In this document: piece by piece, positions 1-11,000 of the stretch
How the letters are laid out: every line of letters starts with the position of its first letter
Numbering within the stretch: the first letter of the stretch is position 1
Source of the DNA: a virus
Taxonomy: Duplodnaviria > Caudoviricetes
Strand: one strand, 5' to 3'
Virus record (IMG/VR): IMGVR_UViG_3300044638_007250
Location: 1-63,212 of that record
Length of the DNA stretch: 63,212 nucleotides
Program-made: the position numbers and the translations under genes
Notes under the pieces: model-generated
Told to the model about the DNA's origin: nothing
Database searches by the model: none
Seen by the model: the letters and a program-made list of their open reading frames with translations, nothing else

Positions 1-561
1 ACCACAAGCAGAATTTGGTACCGCATATAAACCATAATTTAATACTGGAGAAGATTCAATAATGAAATTCGATGTCTGAGCAGTACACCCACCCAAATCT
101 TCAACCGTCATATAATATGTTCCAGCGGTCAAACTACCAAATACAATAGTTTGTTGATTGGTAATCGCAGATTGTGAAAATACCCCGTCCCCGTGATATA
201 GATAAAAATTAGTAGATGAATAATCGGATGTTGAACTACCTGTAACAAATCCGTTATTAAGATTACATGTCGTACTTTGTACTCCGAGAATACTAGCACA
301 TACCCCGCTCGATACTGGTATGTTAATGTAAAATTCGGCGTTCGTAGGTAAAGAGCTATCATTAACTCTAACCGCATAAGTATCACCACTTAAACCCGTT
401 TTAACTGCTGGCGCTACCGTAACAACGTCAGGTGACAATACAGGGTCAATCCATTGTACTGTGTACGGAGGAGTCCCACCCGTCAACAGTAAACTTATTG
501 AACCTAAATTACTATTTGAACAGTCTCCAGTTACCGATATGTTATAATTAAAAACTGACAT
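1..561 (-). CDS. SprB-repeat-like beta-rich virion/adhesin protein (runs off window start; missing from ORF track)
   Basis: Manual translation from ATG at 561 (TAATG overlap with upstream stop): MSVFNYNISVTGDCSNSNLGSISLLLTGGTPPYTVQW...LSGDTYAVRVND...LTAGTYYMTVEDLGGC, open to base 1. GGTPPY..W and L.AGTY...V.D..GC resemble SprB repeats. Confidence 0.7.
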   Translation of the reverse strand, partial: MSVFNYNISVTGDCSNSNLGSISLLLTGGTPPYTVQWIDPVLSPDVVTVAPAVKTGLSGDTYAVRVNDSSLPTNAEFYINIPVSSGVCASILGVQSTTCNLNNGFVTGSSTSDYSSTNFYLYHGDGVFSQSAITNQQTIVFGSLTAGTYYMTVEDLGGCTAQTSNFIIESSPVLNYGLYAVPNSACG

Positions 562-3545
562 TATATACTACAATCTATATTAATATTTATTCCAACATTC
601 AAAACAACAGTTTCTTGAAGATTTTGTGTGATACAATTTAAGTTGGTAATTGTTAGTTCATTACCATTTAAGAAATAAGTATATCCGTAATCATATAACA
701 TTGGTAGATAATCAATCAAGGCATTTCTCCATTCAGTATTTGTAGGTACATCATTATATCCGTAACCACTATAGAATGTCTCTTGTATTAATATATCACC
801 ACCAATTCGTAAGTCAACAAACCATTCAGTCTGAACCGAATTTTGACTACATTGATTAAGTGTTAACCCACTTGATGATAACATGTTATTAATTCTATTT
901 GCAAGAATACTATCAAAATTAGAAACATTTATATCACCATTTAACCAAGGATATATATTGAAATCGACATACTCGGTGCTACAAGTGTAATCAAATATGT
1001 TTGAGATAATAAAACAAGGGTCAACAGGTACTGGTACAAATTGACATCCCCTTTGTCGTCTATAAACAAATTTTTGTTTGTGAAGAACAGAGTTTTCTAA
1101 TCTAACACCACCATTCCAAATGGTAGTTGCAGGAACCATTTGCTCAATCAATTTAGTCCAATAAGGACCGATACCATTAACATAGTCAATAAGTTTTTGG
1201 TACGTATATTTGTTATTTGGTAAACCAACAGTTTGTTCTGATTCAATATATTTCCACCATATAGATTGTAATGTAGGATATCCACCAGTCTTACCGTCAG
1301 AAATGTATTGTCTGTTTCTCGTATTAATCATATTCTGCCAAAAAGTTTGGGAGAATTCAAAGAATGTTTTCTTTTTAGGTTTTGGGTCAACATAAGTCCA
1401 ATCCACACCACCTGGTACAGGATATCCAACAGTTAGACCTGATTCAGGTATTGGGTAATCATATTTTCTTGACTCATCCCAAACATCATAAACCAAACCT
1501 TGGCCAGGATTAAGGAATATGTCTACGTTTTTAACGTTAAGAACTAATTTTTCATTATCGACAAAATAATATGCGTTATAATCTCCTTGAGTCGAAATTC
1601 TAACTCTGTCGTCATCAGACAACCATGACTTATTATTATCGACTACTTTTTGTAATTTAAATCCTTCAGTCATGTAAGGGAAATCTCTAAACCTGTTCAA
1701 ATAAGTTTGACCATATGTAAACGGTTGTAATTGAGTTTGAATATTAAAGTTTTGTCCTGTATATACATTACCTGTAATTGTAACTGCATCAGGACTTCTA
1801 TGTTCTGGTGTTGTTTCGTACCATCCCGCACCTATTTGAAAAAAGTATGTTTCAGTATTAACAGGAGCCTTTGGATATCCAAATATATCAATAGGGTAAT
1901 CATCTAATGTAATATTCACATCCTGATAAGTTGAGTTGGTAGTAAATGCGGAATAGATATTACCTTGAATACTATATGTTTGGCCTGGTGCGTAAGTTGG
2001 AGTTTGTTGAACGTAAGTTCCACCTGATATCTGAGCCCATTGTGTGTAGAATTGGTCTAAATTAATTCTTTGGTCCGCTAAATAAATGTGTTCATTATAT
2101 TCAATTAATGAATCAGGTGCGCCAATTAATCTTAATAAAAATTCAACAGACCTTCTCGTACCTTTTGATTTAAATAGGTAAGACGCATTTAAAATTAAAT
2201 TTCTATAATAAGCATAATTTAATTCTGTTGGCGTAAGAGCTCTTGCGTAACCAGGATATGTTGGTGTTGCGGTATTACCAAAAACAGATGATAAGAAATC
2301 TTCATTTGTTATTGGTGAAAAATTTGAAGACCATCCTAATGTTTGTGATAAATTCACCAATAATTGTGACGGTATATCATTTGAAGGGTTGTAGTTTACT
2401 GAATTCATGTAAGCCAAACCTTCAATGAAAGTTTTAATTTGGTCAAAACTTCTTCCATAGATTTGAAATATTTTTTCAACCTTTCTACCTAATGTGTCAA
2501 ATTCTTTTAATGAATCAGAAACTAAAAACCTAGATATTAAGTTTGTCTTAAATGAGTCAAGATTAACAGCAATGGCTTGGATTTGTTCCAAATAAGAGTC
2601 AAATAAGAATGAACTAATATCTAAATTCCACACACCATCTTTCGGCCATGTAACTTGTTGATAATCTGTAAAGGTCTGTCCATATTCATTTTGTTGTGGC
2701 ACTTGGAATACCGCGGTATATTCAGGCCTAACCAATCTATTAACTAAAAATTTCTCAACCTCATCAAAGTCTTCTTGAAATGTCTTATCAACAATATAAT
2801 CATTTGGTCTTATTTGAAATTCTTCTTGGGTCGTGGTTGCAGTCAACCCAAAAGGTGAACCTGAAACATAGAATACAATTTCACCTGAGGATAATGTCTG
2901 TGATGGTGTAAATGATATAACTTTATAAATGTTATCATTAATACTAACACAGTAATCTAAATAGGTATTACTAAGATTTCTATATTTTGAAGTTAGAATT
3001 TCACTTGCAGCCAAATTAGTTGCGGCACTGACAGAGTAATCAATATCAAATGGATTTTTAATTCTATCAACATTAACTTTAAAGTACGTCTCGTCAGCTT
3101 GAACATCATACACAATATCAAAAGCCGTGTTACCCGTAACGTAATCGTTGTTACTAAATTGAATGTCTAATGACGCTGGAAAATAATTAATGATTTTAGT
3201 AATTGAAACTCTGAATCTTTCAGACAATGAACCGTACATTGAAAAGTTAAGAACTTGTGTGATGTCAAAGTTTGGATAAACTCTAAATTGAGTTGCCAAT
3301 ATTCTTCGACTCTGTTCAAGACTGTCGATGTTCATTGCATCTAACGTCATTGGTTCTGAGAACGCTCCGACATTAAAAGTTCTATTAACTTTTTCTGTTA
3401 CTCCCGTTGTAAACTCAAAATTACCTTGCGTAAGTCCTCCACCCTCAACAGTTTGTAATCCTACAATGTTGTCGGAAAAAGTACCCGCACCGTTTCCAGG
3501 TCTTGGTGGGTAAAAGAACTTAGTATTTTTTGTGTTTACCGCCAT
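561..3545 (-). CDS. Baseplate wedge / tail protein (gp7 / P2 gpI-like region)
   Basis: 994 aa; YLFKSKGTRRSVEFLLRLIG resembles the tail-I/wedge motif; baseplate gene context. Confidence 0.6.
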   Translation of the reverse strand: MAVNTKNTKFFYPPRPGNGAGTFSDNIVGLQTVEGGGLTQGNFEFTTGVTEKVNRTFNVGAFSEPMTLDAMNIDSLEQSRRILATQFRVYPNFDITQVLNFSMYGSLSERFRVSITKIINYFPASLDIQFSNNDYVTGNTAFDIVYDVQADETYFKVNVDRIKNPFDIDYSVSAATNLAASEILTSKYRNLSNTYLDYCVSINDNIYKVISFTPSQTLSSGEIVFYVSGSPFGLTATTTQEEFQIRPNDYIVDKTFQEDFDEVEKFLVNRLVRPEYTAVFQVPQQNEYGQTFTDYQQVTWPKDGVWNLDISSFLFDSYLEQIQAIAVNLDSFKTNLISRFLVSDSLKEFDTLGRKVEKIFQIYGRSFDQIKTFIEGLAYMNSVNYNPSNDIPSQLLVNLSQTLGWSSNFSPITNEDFLSSVFGNTATPTYPGYARALTPTELNYAYYRNLILNASYLFKSKGTRRSVEFLLRLIGAPDSLIEYNEHIYLADQRINLDQFYTQWAQISGGTYVQQTPTYAPGQTYSIQGNIYSAFTTNSTYQDVNITLDDYPIDIFGYPKAPVNTETYFFQIGAGWYETTPEHRSPDAVTITGNVYTGQNFNIQTQLQPFTYGQTYLNRFRDFPYMTEGFKLQKVVDNNKSWLSDDDRVRISTQGDYNAYYFVDNEKLVLNVKNVDIFLNPGQGLVYDVWDESRKYDYPIPESGLTVGYPVPGGVDWTYVDPKPKKKTFFEFSQTFWQNMINTRNRQYISDGKTGGYPTLQSIWWKYIESEQTVGLPNNKYTYQKLIDYVNGIGPYWTKLIEQMVPATTIWNGGVRLENSVLHKQKFVYRRQRGCQFVPVPVDPCFIISNIFDYTCSTEYVDFNIYPWLNGDINVSNFDSILANRINNMLSSSGLTLNQCSQNSVQTEWFVDLRIGGDILIQETFYSGYGYNDVPTNTEWRNALIDYLPMLYDYGYTYFLNGNELTITNLNCITQNLQETVVLNVGININIDCSI

Positions 3546-4453
3546 TAAGTTGTTATGTTTGTAAAGTTTTTACTGAAATCAATATTATTACCTCTACTCT
3601 GTCTAACCTCATAAAGTAATGCGTTAAATTGGTCTCTAATTTCATATAAGTTGTATTGTCTGTATATGTTATTTTGAGGGTCATAGATTGTGTAGATACC
3701 ATCATCGATTGATTTGGTTTGATTACCGTAAAGAGCAATTGCAAGAGATGATACATCGTACTCAACCATTTCTATTTCCAAAGTAATTGGATTAAAGAAT
3801 GTGTTTGATATAATAATGTTTTGATTTGGTTGTCCAATAAACGGAGTTGAATTTGGATTGTTTGTTGGCGATGAAGATGGTGATAGTGTTAAGAAAATCA
3901 AATTAGAATTTCCTTCAACATATCTATATCTAATACTTTTTTGTGTTGTATTTGTTTCATTCGTAACTACAGGTTCGCAAAAGAACGATGAGGTTACAAC
4001 TCTAAAGAAATTTGGAATCTTTGAACCATCAGGATTTAAGTATTCAATTCTAAAACCAACTAAACCTTGAGGTACAAATTTGTTTTGATATTGTGTAGGT
4101 ACATTTGTAATGTCAATTACAATTCCTTTTACGTTTGGTAATGCATTTAAGACACCACAGTCAGTAATTAGTGTTCTAATTTGTGCAGGTCTTAAATAAA
4201 GTGTGTAAATGCCAAGAGCATTGAACTGTTCTGCAGGTAATGTTAAATTATATAATCCACCCAATACCTCAACACCAGCATTTCCACCTGTTTGAGTATT
4301 GTTGAAATAAGGCTTAAGAATTGTTTGTGCATCAAGTTGTGTAAGGATAAAATTATCCGTAACATCCCTTGATGGAGTATAATTCATAATAATCTGAACG
4401 TCTTCTGGTGAGACATCACTTGGTCGTATTGTGCCGTATGAACCTATTGCCAT
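3545..4453 (-). CDS. Hypothetical virion structural protein
   Basis: 302 aa ORF, coupled to neighbour, TATTTAT motif upstream. Confidence 0.55.
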   Translation of the reverse strand: MAIGSYGTIRPSDVSPEDVQIIMNYTPSRDVTDNFILTQLDAQTILKPYFNNTQTGGNAGVEVLGGLYNLTLPAEQFNALGIYTLYLRPAQIRTLITDCGVLNALPNVKGIVIDITNVPTQYQNKFVPQGLVGFRIEYLNPDGSKIPNFFRVVTSSFFCEPVVTNETNTTQKSIRYRYVEGNSNLIFLTLSPSSSPTNNPNSTPFIGQPNQNIIISNTFFNPITLEIEMVEYDVSSLAIALYGNQTKSIDDGIYTIYDPQNNIYRQYNLYEIRDQFNALLYEVRQSRGNNIDFSKNFTNITT

Positions 4454-4475
4454 ATCTTTTTATCTTATAAATAGT

Positions 4476-5585
4476 TTAGTTCTTTTTTTCAACGTTAAAA
4501 AATCCATATCCGTAGTTAATCATGTCACCTAAATTGTCAACTTCTCCCATTCTTTGGATTCTTTCATATGCAGAGTTCTTACCTCTTTCAACAAAAACAT
4601 CTGTTTGGATTTGTGGTTGGTCAACTACTTTGATTAAACTTTCTTCTTTTGTTATTGGTCTTGATGTCAAATTATTTTCAGTAAATCCCGATGATTGTTC
4701 AAAGAAGATTGTTGTTCCGTCTATGTAATCATAGTAATCAACAGAATTAACTGTATAGGCAGTGAAGGTTGTTGCAGTATTGGTTATTGCACCCCATATC
4801 TGACCATTCTTAATAACAGGAACCCCAACTTGAAATTTGTTTGGTCCATACATTGATAATTCATTCAACTTAGATTTAGTTAGTCCTGAAACCGTGTATG
4901 GAACCGTTGTAAAATTATTTGATGTTTGAGCAGATACCACGTTAACCGCATCACCTGAAAATATGTAGTCATAACTAATTGGCGTTTCGAACCAATTACC
5001 CCCCGCAGGAATAAAAAACGCCTCACCATTTGGATTATTTATTACAACATCCGAATAAGGGGTTGTTATCGTTTTTTGAACCTTTGTAACCCCCCAAGGA
5101 TTTGTTTGTTTTAATGTGATTATATATTTGGCATTTGCAACAGGGTATGTATGTGAAATAGAATTTGGTGTGTAAGTAGTTATTATTTGGTCAGGCGTAC
5201 CATCACCCCAATTTAAAATATAATTTGATAATTCTAAAAACTTTTGGAAATCACTTGATGTGTTATATATGTTATAGACATACGGATTGGTAGTCGTGGA
5301 AGAAAATATAAAATTAGCCACAACGTCTTTCTGTAATACCGCACCATCAAAAGGACTATAGTATCCAAAATCTACTGCAGTCTGTCTAAACAATATTGGA
5401 ATCGTCACTCCTGTTAATAAAGAACTACCGTCGGTACCCCCACTCAAAACTTGAGTCATTGCCGAATAAACTCCAGTCGTTTCACCCGTATAACCAGGTC
5501 CAACGTTTTGACCTTGCATATCAACAGTAAAAATATCACCCTTAATTGTTTCGGGGGAAATTATAATATTATAAAAATCTTCCAT
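4476..5585 (-). CDS. Structural protein with PKD-like domain
   Basis: 369 aa; LNWGDGT...SHTY PKD-like signature. Confidence 0.55.
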   Translation of the reverse strand: MEDFYNIIISPETIKGDIFTVDMQGQNVGPGYTGETTGVYSAMTQVLSGGTDGSSLLTGVTIPILFRQTAVDFGYYSPFDGAVLQKDVVANFIFSSTTTNPYVYNIYNTSSDFQKFLELSNYILNWGDGTPDQIITTYTPNSISHTYPVANAKYIITLKQTNPWGVTKVQKTITTPYSDVVINNPNGEAFFIPAGGNWFETPISYDYIFSGDAVNVVSAQTSNNFTTVPYTVSGLTKSKLNELSMYGPNKFQVGVPVIKNGQIWGAITNTATTFTAYTVNSVDYYDYIDGTTIFFEQSSGFTENNLTSRPITKEESLIKVVDQPQIQTDVFVERGKNSAYERIQRMGEVDNLGDMINYGYGFFNVEKKN

Positions 5586-6406
5586 TATGGGTTAACATAT
5601 TCATACCATTTTATGGGTTGTAGAGTTCCCGCTCTTTGACCATCATTCAAATAGATGGTTTGATTTGGATTCATATTGAATACTTGATATTCTTGTTTCT
5701 CATAATCAAGATGAACCTTATAATAGAAATACTGTGAATTATCAAAAACATATTTATTACCCGATAAAGATGATTGAGGCATATTCATCATTTTAACAAA
5801 AAATCCACGCTCAGCATCATAAAACTTAGCGGTCATATAAAATGTATCAATATCCAAGAAATTTCTTTTCTTTAACCAATAAATAAAGAAACCTTCTTTA
5901 TCCCCCACATAATCCAAAACAAATGAAGGTTTTTTGATTGTTACATCAGTGGTTTGCATAATAGCATTCATCTTTAAACCTTGTTGGGTAGGTATAATTA
6001 ATGTAATGTAGTTTTTCTGTCTCTTCTCATCAAAATTATCGTACAAGTCAAGTTTGAAAAAAGAATTTGAAAAATTGTTAGTATAGTAGTAAATTTCTTG
6101 TGTTGAGAAACCTTCAGCTCTATAGTCGGTAATCCAATTAGATTCTACATCTAATGAACTTCCTGACCAAAAGTAAAACTCGTATTTAATATCCGTTGGT
6201 TCAGATGTTGTACCCGTCAATGGTGAGTGAGCAAATCTGCTAACCTCAAAATCTCGACCAACACCAATTACTTCAGTAATAATTTCGGTCTCAAACGCCT
6301 CGATACTTTGGTCTTGACCTAAGTCATCCCAAGTAAATTGTACGGGAATTGTAAGTTGGTTGTCCACAAATCCGTTGTTTCGAATTGTAACTTTATTCAC
6401 ATTCAT
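5585..6406 (-). CDS. Hypothetical structural protein
   Basis: 273 aa ORF, overlapping start/stop with neighbours. Confidence 0.55.
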   Translation of the reverse strand: MNVNKVTIRNNGFVDNQLTIPVQFTWDDLGQDQSIEAFETEIITEVIGVGRDFEVSRFAHSPLTGTTSEPTDIKYEFYFWSGSSLDVESNWITDYRAEGFSTQEIYYYTNNFSNSFFKLDLYDNFDEKRQKNYITLIIPTQQGLKMNAIMQTTDVTIKKPSFVLDYVGDKEGFFIYWLKKRNFLDIDTFYMTAKFYDAERGFFVKMMNMPQSSLSGNKYVFDNSQYFYYKVHLDYEKQEYQVFNMNPNQTIYLNDGQRAGTLQPIKWYEYVNP

Positions 6407-8081
6407 CTATCAATGGTTTAATTGGGTATGCCACACCAAGTGTGTTATAGTTTATACCTTCAGGAATTAACCTGAAAATTAAATCTTTGAACGGATATTG
6501 AGCACTATTCAAAAATGGGTAATCAACACCTCTTTCAAGATTATCTTTAAATCCATAACTATATAAATCTCTCCATCTGAATTGTTGGTCGGATGCCGAG
6601 TAATAAGAATATGAAGGGATGTTTTCAACCTGTCCAACATTAGCGGTCTCTACGTAGTCAGAAAAAACTCTAATCGTCATTGAAGTGTGGGGTTTATAAT
6701 AGAAACCTGGACTATTTGTGTCGTATAAACTTGTAGTTTGAAAGACATTCTGATTGTACTTTATCTTTTGATAGTATGGTGAAATAACTCTTTCCAATTG
6801 GTCATAGTCATTCCATTCACAAAAATCACCGTCAATAACGTCATCTTTTTTAAGGTCTTGATTGTAGTAGAAAGTTTTAGTAGCACCATTAGTTAAAGTA
6901 TAGTTAGATGTTGGAATGTTAGTATCTGATTGATTATTTAATAAATCCCACCATGGACTAACAGGAGATGTTAAATTAAACTCCCACCCTTGTTTTAACC
7001 CAATACCACTATTTGGTTGATTAAAGTAACCTGTATATCCCTTATTAATTATAGTTAAAAACAATTCACTAACAGGTCTTTTCTGATTGTCCAACACGTT
7101 TAATAAATTCAAATCTTTAGCAACCGTAACATTATATGAATTACTACTTGTCTTTTGTGAAATCCTTGAAACTTGGTTTGGGGTAATTGAACTGTATTCA
7201 AACTTTTTTTCTTCACCGAAAACATTTTTTTCAAATCCGTTTTTAGTCATTATAGTCTCATCAACATCAGTTAATATCTTATGTTGTCTTATATAATATT
7301 TTGATTTTGTTTCAGTTAGATTTTCAGGATTGATTACTCTTTTGAAGGTACCTGTAACACTATTAGCAAATGTAGTTCCTGTGTATCCAAAATTATAAAT
7401 GTTAAAAATATATTCACCACTATCAAACTCACCCGTCCCTAAAGAATACACTTGAAATAAATTCACTTGATTATAAAAGAATGATAATTCAACATATTCA
7501 CCAACTGTTAATCCATGTGGTGCGATACATTGAAAACTAATCACGTTAGCCCCATTTTGAGTTCGATTAAGTATTGAAAATGGTATCCCGTCAGATGCAA
7601 CCCAATTAAATGAACTATTATTTAAATCATATGATAGTGGTTTACTATAATCATTACTATAAACATAACTTATATAGTAAGTCCAATTGTAGGTGTAGGC
7701 ACTTTTAGATTTATAGTCTATGTGTTGGTCAGTAATGTTTGGTCTATAAAAATCAAATTCGTAATACTGAGGAAATCCTTTCCAAATACCATTTACAGTA
7801 GATTGTATTGGGTCAACATAATATAAAGTATCCCTAAATGGTACGTATTGAGTAGTACCAGTATATGTATTGGCATATAAGTAAGTCACTTTAAATGTCG
7901 GTCTAAATACAGTACACGCTTGTCTCTCATCGTTATATACTTGAGCCAAGTTAATACTTTGACTTCGGTCATACTCAACAATAAGTTGTGATTGACTTTC
8001 TAAAGTAACCGAAATTTCTTGGTCAACAAAAGGTGCTGACTTGTATTTTTGACTACTAGGTATGATGGTATATTTATTCAC
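6393..8081 (-). CDS. Hypothetical structural protein
   Basis: 562 aa ORF in coupled baseplate operon. Confidence 0.55.
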   Translation of the reverse strand: MNKYTIIPSSQKYKSAPFVDQEISVTLESQSQLIVEYDRSQSINLAQVYNDERQACTVFRPTFKVTYLYANTYTGTTQYVPFRDTLYYVDPIQSTVNGIWKGFPQYYEFDFYRPNITDQHIDYKSKSAYTYNWTYYISYVYSNDYSKPLSYDLNNSSFNWVASDGIPFSILNRTQNGANVISFQCIAPHGLTVGEYVELSFFYNQVNLFQVYSLGTGEFDSGEYIFNIYNFGYTGTTFANSVTGTFKRVINPENLTETKSKYYIRQHKILTDVDETIMTKNGFEKNVFGEEKKFEYSSITPNQVSRISQKTSSNSYNVTVAKDLNLLNVLDNQKRPVSELFLTIINKGYTGYFNQPNSGIGLKQGWEFNLTSPVSPWWDLLNNQSDTNIPTSNYTLTNGATKTFYYNQDLKKDDVIDGDFCEWNDYDQLERVISPYYQKIKYNQNVFQTTSLYDTNSPGFYYKPHTSMTIRVFSDYVETANVGQVENIPSYSYYSASDQQFRWRDLYSYGFKDNLERGVDYPFLNSAQYPFKDLIFRLIPEGINYNTLGVAYPIKPLIDECE

Positions 8082-11000
8082 TTAACGAATATTTTGTTTT
8101 GAATTTATCCAATGCACTATTACCTTTTTTAATTCCAAAGTAAAAATGAAATGGTGCACCAACTAAAAATTTACTTGACGGTACACCGCCCATGGTGTAA
8201 GAATATCCTCCATTAGAATTTACATTGAATATATATCCTCTTTGGTATATATCATTTGTATTATTAGCACCAATAAAATAAGATGGTGGGTTTTGATTTC
8301 TTCTACTCAATGATTGATAATTGTATCCAAAAATACCTGTACTATTCAAATCTGACGATTGGTTGGTTTTCCAATTGTTATCTTGGGAACCAAATATGTT
8401 AACTACCCCTTGAAATTGTTGTTTTAATTCCCACTGATAGAATGGCACATATTGTGATTTAATACCATAAGGATAAGTAATTGCGTTTGCCGTTGGGTTT
8501 GGTCTAAAATTAATAACTCCTGGTGTAACATAATCCTTATTTTGTAAATCTTCAGTTGTTGAAGAAAAGAATATACCCATTGTTGCAGCAGTTGCTGGTC
8601 CTAAAATCACAACTGGGTCACCAGGGTCTCCATTTGAAACATAGTATTCTGGCGAAAAAGGTATAACCCCAAACTCAGAATTTATCGACATACTCTGAAC
8701 CAAATCTCCATCAACTTTTTTATCAGGTCTACTAAATAACATGTTCAAACTATTATCGAGTCTGATTGGTAATTGTTGTAAAAAAGTTTTGTTAGATATT
8801 CTTGATATAACAAAGAGGTTAACTAAATCCGAAGTGTCAGAGTAACTCGTTGGATTTAAGTTATTCATAATATAAGCACTTGACGATGCTTCCAAGTCAA
8901 TTTCTTTGTAAACCGCGTCTTTAACCCCTAAATTAATAATAGTAGTTGGAAATAGTAGATTTCTTTCGTTTGATGGATTTTGTAAAAAGTCGGTAGGTCT
9001 TCCAATGAATCTTCCCGAAGTTGTTCCAGACAAGAAAGGTGATGACCTATAGTAGAAATTATTTGTTTTATCATCAAAATAAACCAATTGTTTAGGGAAT
9101 TGTGGAGGTAGAGGTTTATTTTGTTTATCATAAAAAGTATCTACCTGTATTGGAAACGTGAATAACGAACCGTTAACCCAATTATTTGTAAATGTTTGTG
9201 AAAGAACACCTCTACACAAACCATAAAAAAATCTAAATCTGTAACCCCACTCACTAAAAGCCTTTATGTCATCAGCAATACCAAATAGAGGTTTTTCAAT
9301 CAAAACGTAACAACCTTGTTTAACTACTGTATTACTGTCACAATTTGTGTCAACTCCAAAATTTGTTCCATCCCCTTGATAACAATCCAAACCAACCATG
9401 TTTTGACAATTACCTAAAGTGTTTAAAACGTTTGTCCCCGCAACTTGACCCTCAATGTCAGGAGTAACTTGTGACGCTCCTGTACTATAACCTGGTGTTA
9501 TATATGTTATATTATCACCATCATAAACATAAGTTGCAAATCCAAGGTTTTGTTGTAATAAACTAACACTACCTCTTAAATTTTCACTATCAATAAAATC
9601 TGATGATGGTAATCTGTCAGTTCTCATAATATTTCTTGAGTAACCTGTAATGTTAAGTTGGGTTAGTCCTGTAAGTGATGGGTATAATATAGGGCTAAAA
9701 TATACAGTACCAAATTGTCCATAACTTTGTAATGTTGGTGGTATGGAACTATTTGCAGGATAAACTTGTAAAGGATTTCCCCATGTAATTGCCCCACCTG
9801 ATAAATCTTCCGAAGTATCGTAATCATTTACAGAAATTGCACTTTCATAATATACGTTTGTAGTTTTAGTCGATACTCCTTTAACCGTACTATATAATGG
9901 TGTTTGATTTACAAAAGAAGATGATGAATACGTTGCACCTGGCACTATAACCGCCCTTGAATTTCCATCTAACGCGCCATAGTACCCAACATTACTTGTC
10001 GTATAAGAAGAGAACTGTAGTCCTGGCGTTGTTGAGCCAACAATACCTGGAGTAAAGAAATGTGATTGGAAATATATATTATTCTGTACGTTGTGTTGAG
10101 GTGTAAATGTCTGCGACCCTGTAGGAACTTTTTGTATTGGGACGTTTAATCTTGTATTGGCAGTAAATGTCCAATTAGAATCACTTTCGTTGGTACCAAA
10201 TAAAGTTCCAATAGAATATTTGTTTGGTATTTTAGGAGAATAGGGGTCAACTCCTCTTTGTAAGATTAAAATAACTTGTTCGGTAAAACCATCAAAATAA
10301 CTTGTAGGTGTTAAATTAACAGTATTTTCTAAAGTTCTACTATTTGGTGGATATGGTATGAATCTTTCTGTATAATTTTCTATTATACTTGTTTGTTGTA
10401 ATACTCCTTGGAAAAACCCTCCTGTATTTGCTGAGTTTTCAACAAATGGAACAGTTACTCCATTAACAGTTGATGTACTTATTGTTATTGCGGTTAATAC
10501 TTGATAATATTCAATGTCCGATGGGTACACATATCTTTGACATGTTTCCCCACTGTTTATTAAAGTGTAAGTTGCAGTACCACCTAAAGTACCTAAATTA
10601 ATACAATCATCGTTTGATATTGTCTGAACACCTAATGTAATAGCATTAAAAGTGTTACTATCACCGACACAATCTCCGTACGTAATCGTACCTAAACTTG
10701 TAACATCAACTGTAATATCACTGACACAATTTACGTTTGTATTTGCAGGTATTGTATATAGAGTAGTTAAGCCGTTTAATGGATTTGTTGGGTCAGCATA
10801 TTCAACATTAATTGTAAATTCATTTGTTTGAAGTCTTCCATTAATACCACTTACAGTACTACCCGCCGTTGTTGTTGCACTCCATAAATAATTACTATCT
10901 GTAGTACTGTCAGGATTTACAAAACTTAATAAAGTACCCGCAGAAAAAGATTGTGTCGCAAGAACAGTTAGTGTATTGTCATAATGATGAGTTAAATTAT

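Noticed and set aside
129-389. 86-aa minus-strand ORF
   Set aside because: Out-of-frame overlap with the more credible SprB-like CDS 1-561
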